Shown piece after piece: positions 15,285 through 27,743 of a stretch of DNA of 58,269 nt (the first letter of the stretch is position 1; the number at the start of each line of letters is the position of its first letter). The stretch spans positions 310,001-368,269 of the forward strand of contig CT868654.1 in NCBI GenBank assembly GCA_000165425.1, given 5' to 3'. The notes under the pieces were generated by a model. That model was not told the origin of the DNA. It saw only the letters and a program-made list of their open reading frames with translations, and ran no database searches. This DNA is from Paramecium tetraurelia (taxonomy: Eukaryota). Made by a program: the position numbers and the translations under genes.

Positions 15285-18116
15285 TCAATATTGTAATATG
15301 TTGACACTACCATTCTGACTTGCCAACACCAGGGCTTTGTCTTACAAGGACATCTTTGTAAATTGCTAATCCTAATTTACAATCAAATCTGGCTGGGTCT
15401 AATAATCAGTGAATAGATATCCTAATTTGCTCTCCAACAACATTGAGAATACAGCTACGTATCCCTTTTTTGTACCTTGATAAATAGCAAGAAATTTTTA
15501 CTAACGACAAGATACTTCTCACGATCAATCAATACATCTGTTACAATTCCATTGTTTTTGTCAATCTTGAAATCCAATAATTAACTAGTATTGTTGAACA
15601 TCTTAATTTAAGTATCACCTACTACAAGCAAACTTGTTTTAAAAAATAGTAATTTTACTATTTTCTCCCCATTGATTTCAAATTGATTTTGTTGTGTCCA
15701 ATTGCTGGTACTTATTGTAATCACTTTACCATCAACATCTCCGACTGCAATCATTGATTCATCTTCAGTGGCTGCGATATGAGTGATCTAAGCCTCCCAA
15801 TCATCAATCATTTCTTCAGTGTCTTACTTAATTTGATTTTCTGAACATTCAAATTTCTTCAATGAACAATCCCATGATCCAGTTATCAATATTTTCTTCT
15901 TCTGCAAGTACACTAAGGAACTTACAGAATTATTGAATCTTTAAACAACTTACACCTTGCTTCCATAATTGATATTAAACACATGTATTTATGAACCCCA
16001 ACTTCCAATTGCAAATATTTCATCTGGCTTCAATACAACTATCACACTTAAACAGAATTCATCTACTTTAAAGGACTTCAAGACAGTGAATTCTTTTAAA
16101 TCAATAACTTTTAAGAAACCATCCTAGCCTATGGTCACTAAGAGACCTTTCTTTTCTAACACTACCATATCAGTGATATTACTTTTTTATATATAAGTAA
16201 ATACGTTTTATGTGCCTTGGAAATGACCTTGTTTGAGAATTGGTCCTTCTTATCCAAATTTTCCCAAATCAACCCTTCTACATTAATTGGAACCTCCTCT
16301 TCCTTCTATTGTTTAATTTGTTCAATAGATTTGTAGATCATCTATCCACTTCTCAAAGCATACTTAGGTGGATGCTCAATCTTAAACAACTATTTAGGAC
16401 ACTATCCGAATTCATTGATCTAACATGCGATGGCTTGTCTTTCAATGGGATCTGTTAAACTACTGATCTACACAGTGCCCTCGTAAGTTAGATAGTGAAA
16501 TACTAAATTAGAATAGAACCATTACTATTGTTTGCATCGACAGCATTAGGTCCTCTTTATTTGTACCCAAAGATTAAATCAATCCAATGATGTAACTAAT
16601 TGCTCACATATTCACTTTCCAAGGCCATTCGATTCAATTTCAAATATTCTTTAGCATTACTAGCCCATTTAGGTAATTTAACATCTCCAACCTTCTTTTG
16701 GTTTTGTCTGATTCCAAGATCCAAATTAAATTTGTTGACCAAAAATGAGTCATCATCTAAGAAGAATTCAGGAATCAATTCTTTTAGCGAAGTAGGATTG
16801 TTCATGATGTTTTTGAAATCTCCCTTGATACTTTTGAACAATCTGTCGGGTTTATCAAATTTTCCTGATTGCAACTTCAACATGTATTGTGGTTTCTGTC
16901 TCACCAAATAACCAATGACGTATCCTGGAGTGGAGTAGTGAGTTCCATATAGAAACTTAGGATTAGGCATCTCTTAATATCGATTCAGGAATTCCTTCAA
17001 TCTCTTTTCGTTTAAAGCTCCGATAGGTTTTTTCAAATCACGATACGTGGATGGATTATTCAAATCCAATGTTGTGGATTCGTAATCAATAATGATCAAA
17101 GGGAAGACAGGATATTGAGTTAAATCACTTGTGCTTCTATTGCCTGCTTGATTTAATCGCATCAAGTATTCGAAATTTGAGATTTGCCCACTTTACCATA
17201 AATATTGCATCTTTTCCAAACTGGTTTCAGCCTCGATGGTTACTTTCCCTAAGAGGATGTAAGTGATGGATACCTATAAGCACTTTGTAGACTTCCTCCA
17301 TTCTATCTTGATTTTCAAATGCAAAATAGATGGTTTTGCCGCTATTCAAAATGATTTCCAAACCAATGTCCATCAATTCGAATCTTCTCTTGTACAGGAT
17401 CTTGATCTCTTCGATAGGGATCTTCTTGCATGGTTTCAATGTCACCTTGAAGAACGGCTGGAAATAGATGATCTTATTGGTTATGTACAAAATGCCTAAG
17501 ATGATGCACAATAAAGTGTTACCCTTGGTTTGAATCAATGGCATAATTTTGCGCACCAACATCTCCTTTTGAATCAGGGGTTTCTCACTGACTGATTCTA
17601 CAAAACTCATGTTGAATCTAATTTTTTGCAATTTCTCTGAATCCAATTTTTCAACTTCCCCTTCAACATCATGTTTCTGCTGATTTATTTACAAGATCCT
17701 CTCTATCAACTCAAACACGATCTTGATGTTGTCAAACAGGGGCTCAATTTAGAACTCCATATCGATGTCATCCAAATAAACATAAGGAGAGGGTGGTCCT
17801 TGGGTGTGAATCTCAATTATGCGTTTAATTCGAAAGCTGATACAATTCGATTGCTTCAAAGGGGTTGTTATCATTTTGTAGAACAATTTCTGAATGGGCA
17901 ACTCCTACCTCTCTGGCTCGAATATCAATGTCCGTGAACAAATGTGCACCTTTCCCCTTTCCAATCTATTCCACTATTAAGAATGTGCTTATACCGCTCA
18001 TCACCTTTCATCATGTTGACTTGACGCACCTTGGCAGAAAGATCTTACAAATACTTCTCGCTCTCCTCCAAATAATAAAGAGAGAATCGACTCTTTGACT
18101 ATGTAAATGTAATCAT
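15285..18116 (-). CDS. NSMAF: FAN/NSMAF-like protein (GRAM/PH, BEACH, WD40)
   Basis: N-terminus RFSLYYLEE...[14 protein letters not shown] matches FAN. BEACH motifs [60 protein letters not shown]-terminal WD40 repeats (TGSWDCSLK). Confidence 0.88.
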
Positions 18117-18128
18117 TAATTATTAATA

Positions 18129-21100
18129 TCATTCAGAATTAGCAATTTATTCCCACTTCTATATTGTCTCGTCAAGATAATCAACCTGCTCCTAAAGTCT
18201 ATTATCCAAATATTTGGACATCGATTGCCACAATGGTCTCACAATAAACTTAAAAAACCCAGCCTCTTATTTAGCCATCACAGGTAACTAAAATCACTTA
18301 ATTTGTGAAGAGTTACCTTTTACAAATCTTTCATGTATGGCAATTGCGGATATCCCAATTTCCCTTCCAATTCATACTGCTATTCAAATTCTTTGTTCAC
18401 TTTGAATGACCATTGCTTGGACAACTCGAATTGTTTGGCTCCTCCGGTGAAATCTGATGTATGAATAATCATGCCACTCAACAATTTGATGTCCTCATCC
18501 TGCTATCCGAAATTGGATTCTGAGACTTTTGACTCAAAATTCTTAATCAAATTAAAGTGTTCTGTGATATCTGTATACAAAATATTGGAGATGAACATCC
18601 TCCTGAATTTACGGAACTCTTCCCCTTTGAAACTCTATAATATATTTGTGGCTGGCACACAAAGCAACTTAAGCGACTTAGCTGCATGATGCTATTCTAA
18701 AACACTCCTGTCATGATATCTTATAGCCAAATTAGATAGACTGTTGATTTCAAAGGTGTTAGTTCTGCCTGTGTGAGACACATCGTGGCACAATCCAGAT
18801 AACAATAAAGCAAATTGATTGAAGGTTGATATGATGGCAGCATTGCTCGTCTAGTGCAACTACAGGAGGATAGCATGAACATTCTGCATCACTGAGACGC
18901 CGTGATCGTAGTTGTGGAACACATTCTTCTTCTTATTATACTTATACTCCACTTCGCTGAGGAATTGACAGAGTGTATCTAAAGGTATATCATACTCTTT
19001 GATTAGGTTGTGATACTTCAGTATTTCCACCACAGCCAATTATTTTTACACCATTTCATCCACTGCCAAAACATTGAAGTTGAAATTATCAATATTAGGA
19101 ACTGTACATTAAGTATTTAAATCCTCCATTCGCAATGAGAATTGGTGTTGAACTCCAAGTTTAGCAGGTTCAAATTACAGAATGGAATTCCTGTAATGCA
19201 CAGTTTGTCTTTGTGTGGATCTCGGCTTGAACATCTGGACAACCGAATTCAAAATCTAAGGATTGTTTTATTCTAGTTTATCAATGAATCTCATGGTCTC
19301 TTGCTGGATAATTTATTTCTGCAGTTCCTTCTACAATGAAGGGTCATTGAGATTGAATTTCTTCTGATCGTATTTAAGCCAACCTTGCTGAAAGATGATA
19401 AAGAATCCTTTAAAGTTGCGTTCTTCCATCTTCATGAACACCTGATACTGTTGATCACTGTCTCTGAGGACATTGTGTTCTTGCAGGAAATTTTCAATGT
19501 AATTGAGCAACTCCTCGTTTTAAAACAGTTGGGAGTAGGTCACTTTGTTTTTCTTGGGATCGAAATCAATGTTGAATTCCTTCTTTATATCTGAAGGGAT
19601 GGGACGAGACAAGAATATCAATCTGCCTAACTTATCGAATTCGAAAATGAGAGTCTCTTATGATTTCACGAAGAACTTATAAAAGGTTGTTCGATCATAA
19701 CATTGTCTGATGAATTTTAGATACTTGTTAAAACTCTGAGTCAGCTACTTGTAAATCATGAGGTCAGCCTTCTTATTTAGATCCATGCCATTTATTGTAA
19801 TTGATACATTCAATTCATCCTTGAATTCGAAATCCACTTATTTCTAAGTGCCATAAAAGAAACTGGGACTACTGATCACTGACATGCCATCTCCAGAATT
19901 GATGTGACTATGCATATTATATATAGTGATAATTACATTTCAACCTAATACTTGGATTGCAAGATATGGATACACTTCTTGATGAATAAGTACTTAGAAC
20001 TTCTGATGAAAGCGATGCCGATGCCTTAGATCATGTGCGAAAGTTGAAGTGGATTAAATATTTGGACCTTGGCTTGTTTGATGGTGTCAATCAAGAAGGA
20101 AGACAATTAATTGAGATCCTCGAAGATATCGAATTCGTCAGCCAAAGCAAGGAACTCACTGATGATGGATGTTTGATCACTAATGTGGAAACAGACAAAA
20201 ACATCCTGATTATTTAATTTGATCAAATAATTCCGTTTGTACAGTTTAATCTTGAATTGTTCACTCAAAGCAGGGTAGAAGTTGCACTCATCTAGGAGTA
20301 GCACTTTATTAGGTTGAATCAATTAGGTTTCATTGTAGATCTACTTGTCGTTTGTTATGAGATATGAGTCATCAGCAGAGTAGTATGTTTGTTGTGATTG
20401 ATCTTCTCGTATGTGTAAATAAGTGATTTAGTCAGCATCTATTAATTTTTTAACGAAATTTTTGACACTTTGTACTAGAATCTCATAGGATAGATTATTA
20501 TCCATTAATAAGAGATGACAGTTCAAATAATCAGTGTAATGTTTCTATTTGGAATGATGATGATGAATACCTTCATATCTGTATAGAGTGAAGTAAATTT
20601 ATCCACGATTTTACAATTCTCTATTTCATCAGATTAAAAGATTTTGGTAGTAGTTGTAGAAGGTGATGAAATGGTTGTCTTTTGTATTACTTCCAAGATG
20701 CTCTTCAATTTTTCAGTTACAATCGGTGTAAGTATCTAGATGAAACCATTAAAAGGACTAAAATTACGCTTTTGTTTTCGTTCTATAGAATCGTTACAAG
20801 TGATTCATTCAAATCATCTATTTGTTGGATCAATTGTTCCTCTGTTACTTTGGCTTCTTTGCTAACTGAATTTCGTCTAATCAAACGTATCGGACTCATT
20901 TCTATCCCAGTTGATTTGCATCTGATCTTCTACCCCTACCTTTGACGAGGAGATTGGTTTTGCTTCCTCAAAATGTTGATTATACTGTATTTGAACTCTT
21001 CGTCATCGGCATCTTATGAATAATTGTAATCCTTCACTACCTGTATTGAGAGCAATCATGTTAACCAATTGCATGTCCTTGAGAGTTAGATTCACCTTTA

Positions 21101-21143
21101 ATTGGTGCTTCTCTTTCTATGTAATCAGACATTCCTGTTCCAT
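18129..21143 (-). CDS. Class I 3',5'-cyclic nucleotide phosphodiesterase
   Basis: FHNYDHG, LCHDVSHTGRTN, VLEQHHAA, IHTSDFTG, EFEQQYELE...LPYM. Several short introns; ATG at 21143 is the best start candidate. Confidence 0.9.
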
Positions 21144-21211
21144 GTCTGAGATAATCTAGAAAAACCTTATATAGTTGCTTAAGTGAGGGTTTGATAGCAT
21201 TAATTAAATTA

Positions 21212-21924
21212 ATGGACATGTAAAATCGACCAGGAGGTAGGACCGGTTCGGGTCCTATGGCATCAGCTGCAGATGCCAACGTCGAAAGAAGAGAACGTCT
21301 GAAACAGCTGGCCATGGAAATCATAGACCTTCAAAAAGACCCTTATTTCATGATCAATCATCTTGGTACTTATGAATGCAAGTATACATATATTTCAAAT
21401 TATAGATTATGTTTGACTCTCCATACCAATGAAGGATCGTATTTGGCACACACCCAAGGAAAGAAACATCAATAGAATCTGTTGCGCAGAAAAGCCAGGG
21501 AGGGAAAGGATCTCAATGCGATGATGCACATGGCCAAGTAGAATCAACCGAAACCCCAGAAACACAAAACCATCAAGATCGGACGTCCAGGGTACAAGGT
21601 CACAAGGACTGTCGAAAACACTTCTAAAGTGCTATATTTTGAGCTTTATTATGAAGACATTCAACCAGGATTCATTCCAAAACACAGAGTTATGTCAGCC
21701 TTCGAACAGAAGATCGAGCAGCCAGACAAGAATTATCAGTATTTGATCTTCGCAGGGGAACCATACGAAAATATTAGCTTTAAAATTCCCAATCAGGAGA
21801 TAGAAACACAAGTATGTATTGGGTTTTCAATTTATAGGAAGGCAAATTTCAACCCGTTTGGGATAAGGATAAAAAAATATATTCATTAAGAGTGTAATTT
21901 AGGGAGAAGAAAAATAATAAATGA
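21212..21924 (+). CDS. SF3A2: Splicing factor 3A subunit 2 (SAP62/Prp11)
   Basis: MDMQNRPGGRTGSG...ERRERLKQLAMEIIDLQKDPYFMINHLGTYECK|LCLTLHTNEGSYLAHTQGKKHQQNL, KIGRPGYKVT, MSAFEQKIE, EPYENISFKIP. Introns at 21382-21405 and 21812-21837. Confidence 0.96.
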
Positions 21925-22023
21925 ATTATAACATATATCATATATTATTTAATATTCATCATAATCTTCGTTTCTGATTAATCAAATTCACACATGTGTC
22001 TAAATAAAATAAACTATTTATTT

Positions 22024-22493
22024 ATGGCATTTTTTGGGAAAGTCCTATTGTTAGCAGCTCTAGCTGGTTACAGTTTCCTTTTATTCACTGATGTCCAATT
22101 GGGAAAACAATTTGATGCTAAATATGCTGAATTTTAGAAGAATCATCATGTCAAATCAGTAATTTCCCATTCTTATTTAAGTACATAGCTCCTGATTATT
22201 TTAAATTATTGCCAGCAGTCTTAGCCAGACAAGTTATTGCTGGACTTATTGCAAGTTCTGCATTGATGTTCTTTTGCGGATGGTAAACCCAATTCATTTA
22301 ATCCTCTAGTTTAGCCTTTTTCCCAGTCGTCGGACTCCTCTTGTAAGCAGCTATAACAGCCAACCCATTAATTAACAATGATTAGTCTACTTAAATCGAA
22401 TTGTTGAAAACCTTAGCCTTAGTTGGAGGATTATTGTTATGGTCATCATCCAATTGCGCAGCCAAAAAAGTAAACAAAGTCAAACAAGAATGA
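22024..22493 (+). CDS. Small membrane protein, HR-lesion-inducing/SURF4/DoxX-like, with ER-retrieval-like tail
   Basis: MAFFGKVLLLAALAGYSFLLF...ELLKTLALVGGLLLW...KKVNKVKQE-TGA; two short introns. Confidence 0.65.
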
Positions 22494-22643
22494 TAATATA
22501 ATTTAGGTCATTTTAAAATTAAACAAATCTTAAGAAATACTATTTTATTATTGTAACAATCAATAGGATATTATATCCACATATATATATACTAATATAT
22601 TAAAAAATCTAAAAATATTTTCATAATTGGATATGTGTATATT

Positions 22644-23979
22644 TCAATTCCAATCCTCATCTTTCTTATTGCTATTTATAACCGTTTCGTATTGATTATA
22701 ACAAGACTAGTGAAAAATGTATCTGTAGTTATTGATAATACAACTTTTTGGATATGAATCCTAAGCTGTTATTAACTCAAGACACAAATAACAAGTATAG
22801 TCATTGTGAATAGAGCATTGATTTTGATTTAAATTCAATAAATGGCTTTCAATCATTCTATTGCAAGCACTGCACTTTTTTTAAGGGAAGAATGGAATAT
22901 CAATTTCTTCCAAATTCTTAAATTTATCCACTTTAGGATCAGCTTTAGATTCAATCATATTTTAACAATGAGTATTCACTCCTCCTTAACTATATTGCAC
23001 TGACGAAGATACCGAATATCCCTTCAAATCTGGTATCTATTTAACAATTTAATCGATATAATTTTAAGTCGTTGGATGACCCTTTCCTTTTAGATGTTCG
23101 ATTGCTACTTATACTTTTTCAGCCTGAGTGTAATAAATAGGGGTTTTATTTTCCTCTGTTACTTTTTCATACTTTAGAATTGGTATTACTTTAGGAGAAT
23201 TATTGACTTTCCTACAATATCTTAAGGTTTCTTAATAAATTCCCTTGACATTATTTTCATACATCCATCTCCCCAATGCTACTGCCTTGAATAACTACTT
23301 CAACCTATTAAAAATGGGATAGTATTTAGCTATAGTATCGTATATTTAAGTAAATTTTGTTGCAAATTAATATGGTGCATCATTAACATCCTGGCTTACT
23401 TTATCTTGTAAGCTATTACCTACTCTTTCCATCACCCGAGCTTAACAAGCAACCTAAATATCATCAATTATGTATTTGTTGTTAACTGAAGAATAAAAAC
23501 ATTGTTTTGGAACAAGCCAAAATCTGCATAACCTTCGTTGCTCTAATGATTATCCCATTTGTGAACAAGATTTCAATCCCAACTATTGCAACTCCTATGG
23601 ATATTAGAAAGGAGTCTTTCCATCAGCTTCAACACCCAGACTCATCTATTTTAATAAATAATCGGCATCAAATAGGATGGTAGCCAATTCAGTATGTTAT
23701 TAGGTCTATTGAAATGCATCCTCTAGCCCATTTTTAACCTTTATTTTTAATGCTATCCCATTTTTCATAAAAATGCTTGCTAACACTTTTTTGAATGCAC
23801 CCTTAACTTATAATTTTTCTTTTATATTCCTGAAATTCATCCAAGCAATAGATGATTTTGCAATTCTGTATGTTATATTTTTTCTCTCTTTATTTATTTT
23901 CTTTAAAGTTTTATTTGAAAAAATTTTCCAATTATTTTCTGAGTTCAGATTCTTCAAGTTAGCTTAGATAAGTCGGCAT
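22644..23979 (-). CDS. DUF1598-like (bacterial-type) domain protein with C-terminal LIM-like zinc finger; 5' part frameshifted
   Basis: HTELATILFDADYLLKQMSLG...RFWLVP...FATKFTQIYDTIAKYYPIFNRLKQLFKAVALGRWM...GGVN, then CSAC...H..TCYLC...FHQSC. The ATG at 23979 is in a different frame from the conserved core, which is open from 23840. Confidence 0.6.
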
Positions 23980-24171
23980 TATAAGAAAATATTTTTGGGC
24001 TATAATTTGTCAATTAACAAGCGTACTCAATTATTTAATTCTTAATTCTATTTAATATAATTCATTTTTAATCCGTATGATTTTTAAATGATGTACTATT
24101 ATAAAATTTGTTCATTTAATAGAAATTCTAATATTTTGTTAATAAATATATAATTTTTATTGATCACTCTT

Positions 24172-25792
24172 ATGGATTAGAACGAATATTAATTGGAGAT
24201 GAAGAAATTGTTTGAAGAAGTTGAGCTAAGATTTGATGTAATTCTGTAATTTAAATAAAGTCTTCCTTTGAAAAAATTAATGATTAAATTAACTCAATTA
24301 TTTGCGATTTGGAGAATAATTTGGATTAAAATTTAAAATGTAACTACACAGAATCAATTGTCCACTAATAAGATATTATTTTACCATTATCAAACTTACC
24401 AGATGTTCATAATGAATAACTTAGTCTTGAGTTGATATCTTTAACGAAGTTATATAAAGAATATCAAGTGAATTAGGTGAAGATATCCTTTAATTAACAA
24501 TTAGAGAAATAAGCTTCACTTTAATAATAATAAATTGATAAATTAGAAAAAGAAAAAAGACAATTAGAAGATATTATTAAATCAAAGGATCGATAATTAC
24601 AATCAAAGAACTCTGGTATTGAACAACTCTAAAGTTAACTTAAATAATAATAACAAATTGAAAAATGTGAAATGGAAAAAACGCAATTAGCGATATCAAG
24701 GAAATAGAATAAAAGTTAAATTGTTCTGATTGGATTCCCAGGAAGTGGTAAAACAAAATTATATAATTTAATATGTTAAACAAAACAACCTAAAAGTTTA
24801 TCTCTTAGTATTCGAGAAGCATTCCTTAAAAAAGCTGCTTACGGAAGTGGATTTCAAGTGTTATATATTCCTGACTACGGATCATGTTAAGAGATAATTA
24901 TTAATGCTGTATGCACATTAAATGCCGCTTTAGAAGGCCCAATTCACTAAATATTGTTAGTAGTTAGAGCGGAAAGAGTAGAAATTATACAGGAATATTT
25001 GAAAACAATGATTGTAAAATTTAGGCGATATAGACATCTTGTAACAGTTGCTGTTACACATTGGGATACAAATGAAACTGAGACAACCAAGAAAGCAAAT
25101 GAAGAATTGATTATCAAGTTGAGCAAAAACTTTGGAATAAATTCTGTTATTTTTGTATCTAAATTTGATACTGGTGAAAAAGTTTGTGCTTAAATTGATT
25201 CAATTTTAAATAAATGTTAAAGCTGAAAATTTTGGAAACTAACTGAAGCAGAGTTATATTCCAATTTTGATTTAATTGAATAGAAGGAAGAAGTTGAAAT
25301 GGATTTAGACTTTTCAAAAGACGATGTACACTCAAAATAATTCAGATTGTGATATTTTAATAATTTTATTATTTTAAAAATGTTTTTATCTTTTAATTTA
25401 TCGTGATGTCATAAATGGGCATGCTTTGGGAAATGTTTCCCCTAACCCTTCCCTGGGGCCTGAGGGACGGTGGAAGAGCTAGAGAGATCATGATGACGTC
25501 GAGAAGCAAACGATAAAACAAGGGGAAAGAAGGTGAGGTTTAAAGGTGATGGTGCCCCCCTAAACCCGGTCGAGCCTAGCTGCTCGGAGGAGGATGTTTA
25601 ATTGAATTGAATTATTATTTTTGACCATTATCAAATAAATTACGATAAGAACTAATTGATCCAGGAATTATGGATTATTTAACTTTGGAAGTTCAATAAT
25701 ACGAATTGAGGGAAACCTTAAGGAAATCTTAACAGTCTTTAAGCAATTAGATAGAAGAGATAAAGCAAAAATCCAAAGTAATTAAATTATGA
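24172..25792 (+). pseudogene. AIG1/GIMAP-like GTPase paralog with coiled-coil N-terminus, degenerate G3 and disrupted centre
   Basis: G1 GFPGSGKT, G3 reads LYIPD rather than LDTPG, and THWD is present. In-frame TGA at 25224. The middle is replaced by alien sequence. The C-terminus ELIDPGIMDYL...KVIKL-TGA (25650-25792) matches the paralog at 46520-47908. Intron at 24238-24260. Confidence 0.75.
25401..25596. other. GC-rich non-homologous insert (about 53% GC by hand count) inside the GTPase gene
   Basis: Sharp compositional break from the AT-rich background. Contains CCCCTAACCC and CCCCCCTAAACCC motifs and a CGAGC-N6-GCTCG hairpin. Confidence 0.7.
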
Positions 25793-26454
25793 AATTATTA
25801 ATAAAAGTATTTATCAATTATAAAAATTCTGAATTGAAATTATGCTCTATCAAATTAGAGTAACACAACAGCTTTAAAACTGAGTAGATGAATACAATCT
25901 AATTTATTAACCAAGGAGTATAGATCAAAATTCATATAATCTGATGAACATATAATTATTATACTGATTTACAAAGAATCTTGTAAAAAGATAAATGGCT
26001 ATCAATTTTCTTTATTCATTCAAGAATAGTTTGAAATTTCTCCCTTACTTCTTTCCAAATCTTTTTTAAACTGTTAAGTTTGAGTATCATAAAGATTGCT
26101 TCCATACCAGAATGCTACGTTTACATAATTTAGCATTACTATAGTATTAATAGTATTAACATATAAAAACATAAAATCATATCACTTCTCTCATTATATT
26201 ACTGCCCCTTTAAAGAATAATTGAATTAGGTTTTGAGTAGCTGGATAATATTACCAAGATCTGATTAATTTAAAATTTAGACTAAAATTCTAAAAAATGC
26301 TCCCACTGCCTCTCAAAAAACAATTTATATATCATTGAATATAATTCATAATTGTATAGTAAATTAATATTTTTGTTATTTTAATATCTAAATAATTAAT
26401 GATAATTGGGATATCTATATAAAATAGGATTTATATTATTATATTTATAATTAT

Positions 26455-27743
26455 TTAATATCGACACCTAAATTTTTCATCCTATATCTCCCAATCAGAT
26501 AATTATTATTGATCCTATCTAATTTTATATGATATGTCTCTATATTATTCTCCTTTCTTGTACAATGTATCCTTTATAATTCTAATTTCCTTCTCTACTA
26601 TTTCTTTTTATTATTTATCATAATCTATTTAGGTTTTAAAATTCTTCATTTAATCTGCTTAAATTTGCTTGTTAATGTTTATTATTATTATTGATCTGCA
26701 ATCTCATTTTCCTATTCAAATATTGTATTAGAGAAGTCAATTAATATGCGTCTACATTTTCTAACGTTTTGAACAGAGCATTATATTTATTTGAAGGGGA
26801 ATCGTTTGATAAAAAGCTTAATTGTTATAAAGCAAAAGTGGCTAAATGTTTTTTGTAACTCTAACTTTTAGGATTATTCACATTAATATTAATTAACAAT
26901 TAAAGCTATTCTGTTTCTTTCTAAATATCGATTTTCTTAATAATATTAATAATTCTTTAAATCATGATACATTAAAAAAGTAAACTATTTATAATTCAAT
27001 ATCTCTGTTCTTTCAAACGAAACAAAAATGAAATGAATAGAATAGAATTTTTACTAAAGTAATCTCTAAAAGTTGATATTGTATTTTCACTATCTTTTTC
27101 AAAGTCAAATAATGGAGGATTATGGAACTGGTATTGATTATTGAAATTTGCTCAAAATTAGATCTCTATCTCGAATTCTCTGTTGAAAATTTTCTTAGAT
27201 TATTTTAAAAGCCTTTTTTTCCTTCTTCATCTGATAAAAACATAATTTATAGTTTTTGTTTGAATCTTATTATTAATATGTTTAACTTATTTGATCAATT
27301 ATTCTAAATTGAGACTTTTCGTAAGCAGCATTTCCTACTTAACTTTAGCTTACATAGAATGCTTTATTTTACATGTAGGGCAAATAATTACAGGAAGTTG
27401 AATTATTATTCAGCAAAATTTATACTTGAGAAAGCTTCTCTAAAACATATGAAGGCTTTGAGTCATAAAATCATTTGCAATCATAATTTGGGCAGTATTA
27501 AAAGAAGGATATTAACTTTGACTTGTCATAACAAATTTTTTCAAATTACTTCTTTTTGTTTATAAAATTTCCCTTCTATGAGCTTCCATCGTAAAGAAAT
27601 TTCAGATAGAAAATTTAAATTTGCTATTTGCAAAATTTAGGCAAAAACTTATTCTAAAAGAATGGTCTTAACATTCTTCATAATTTACTACATTCCCAAA
27701 AAAATAGCATCATAAGTATTGTTTGCATTATCATAATATTTAC
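26455..27743 (-). pseudogene. 5'-truncated pseudogene copy of the pseudo-GTPase gene at 48099-49938
   Basis: The reverse complement aligns closely to about 48620-49940 (e.g. gagaattcgagatagagatctaattttgagcaaa). Carries a 1-nt deletion and TGG>TGA near 27475-27495. Confidence 0.85.

Noticed and set aside
15250..15295. TA microsatellite and duplicated tattatatcaata
   Set aside because: Low-complexity 3' UTR sequence, expected in AT-rich DNA.
16240..20945. Plus-strand ORFs in the track (16600, 17263, 17671, 18471, 19385, 20682 and others)
   Set aside because: Antisense shadows of the FAN and PDE genes under the wrong genetic code.
21061..21324. 87-aa minus-strand ORF overlapping SF3A2
   Set aside because: Antisense to the SF3A2 start and out of frame with the PDE exon chain.
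25401..25596. Possible snoRNA, telomerase RNA or RNase MRP RNA
   Set aside because: There is a box C-like ATGATGA but no downstream CTGA, no CAACCCCAA template and no convincing conserved P4 elements.
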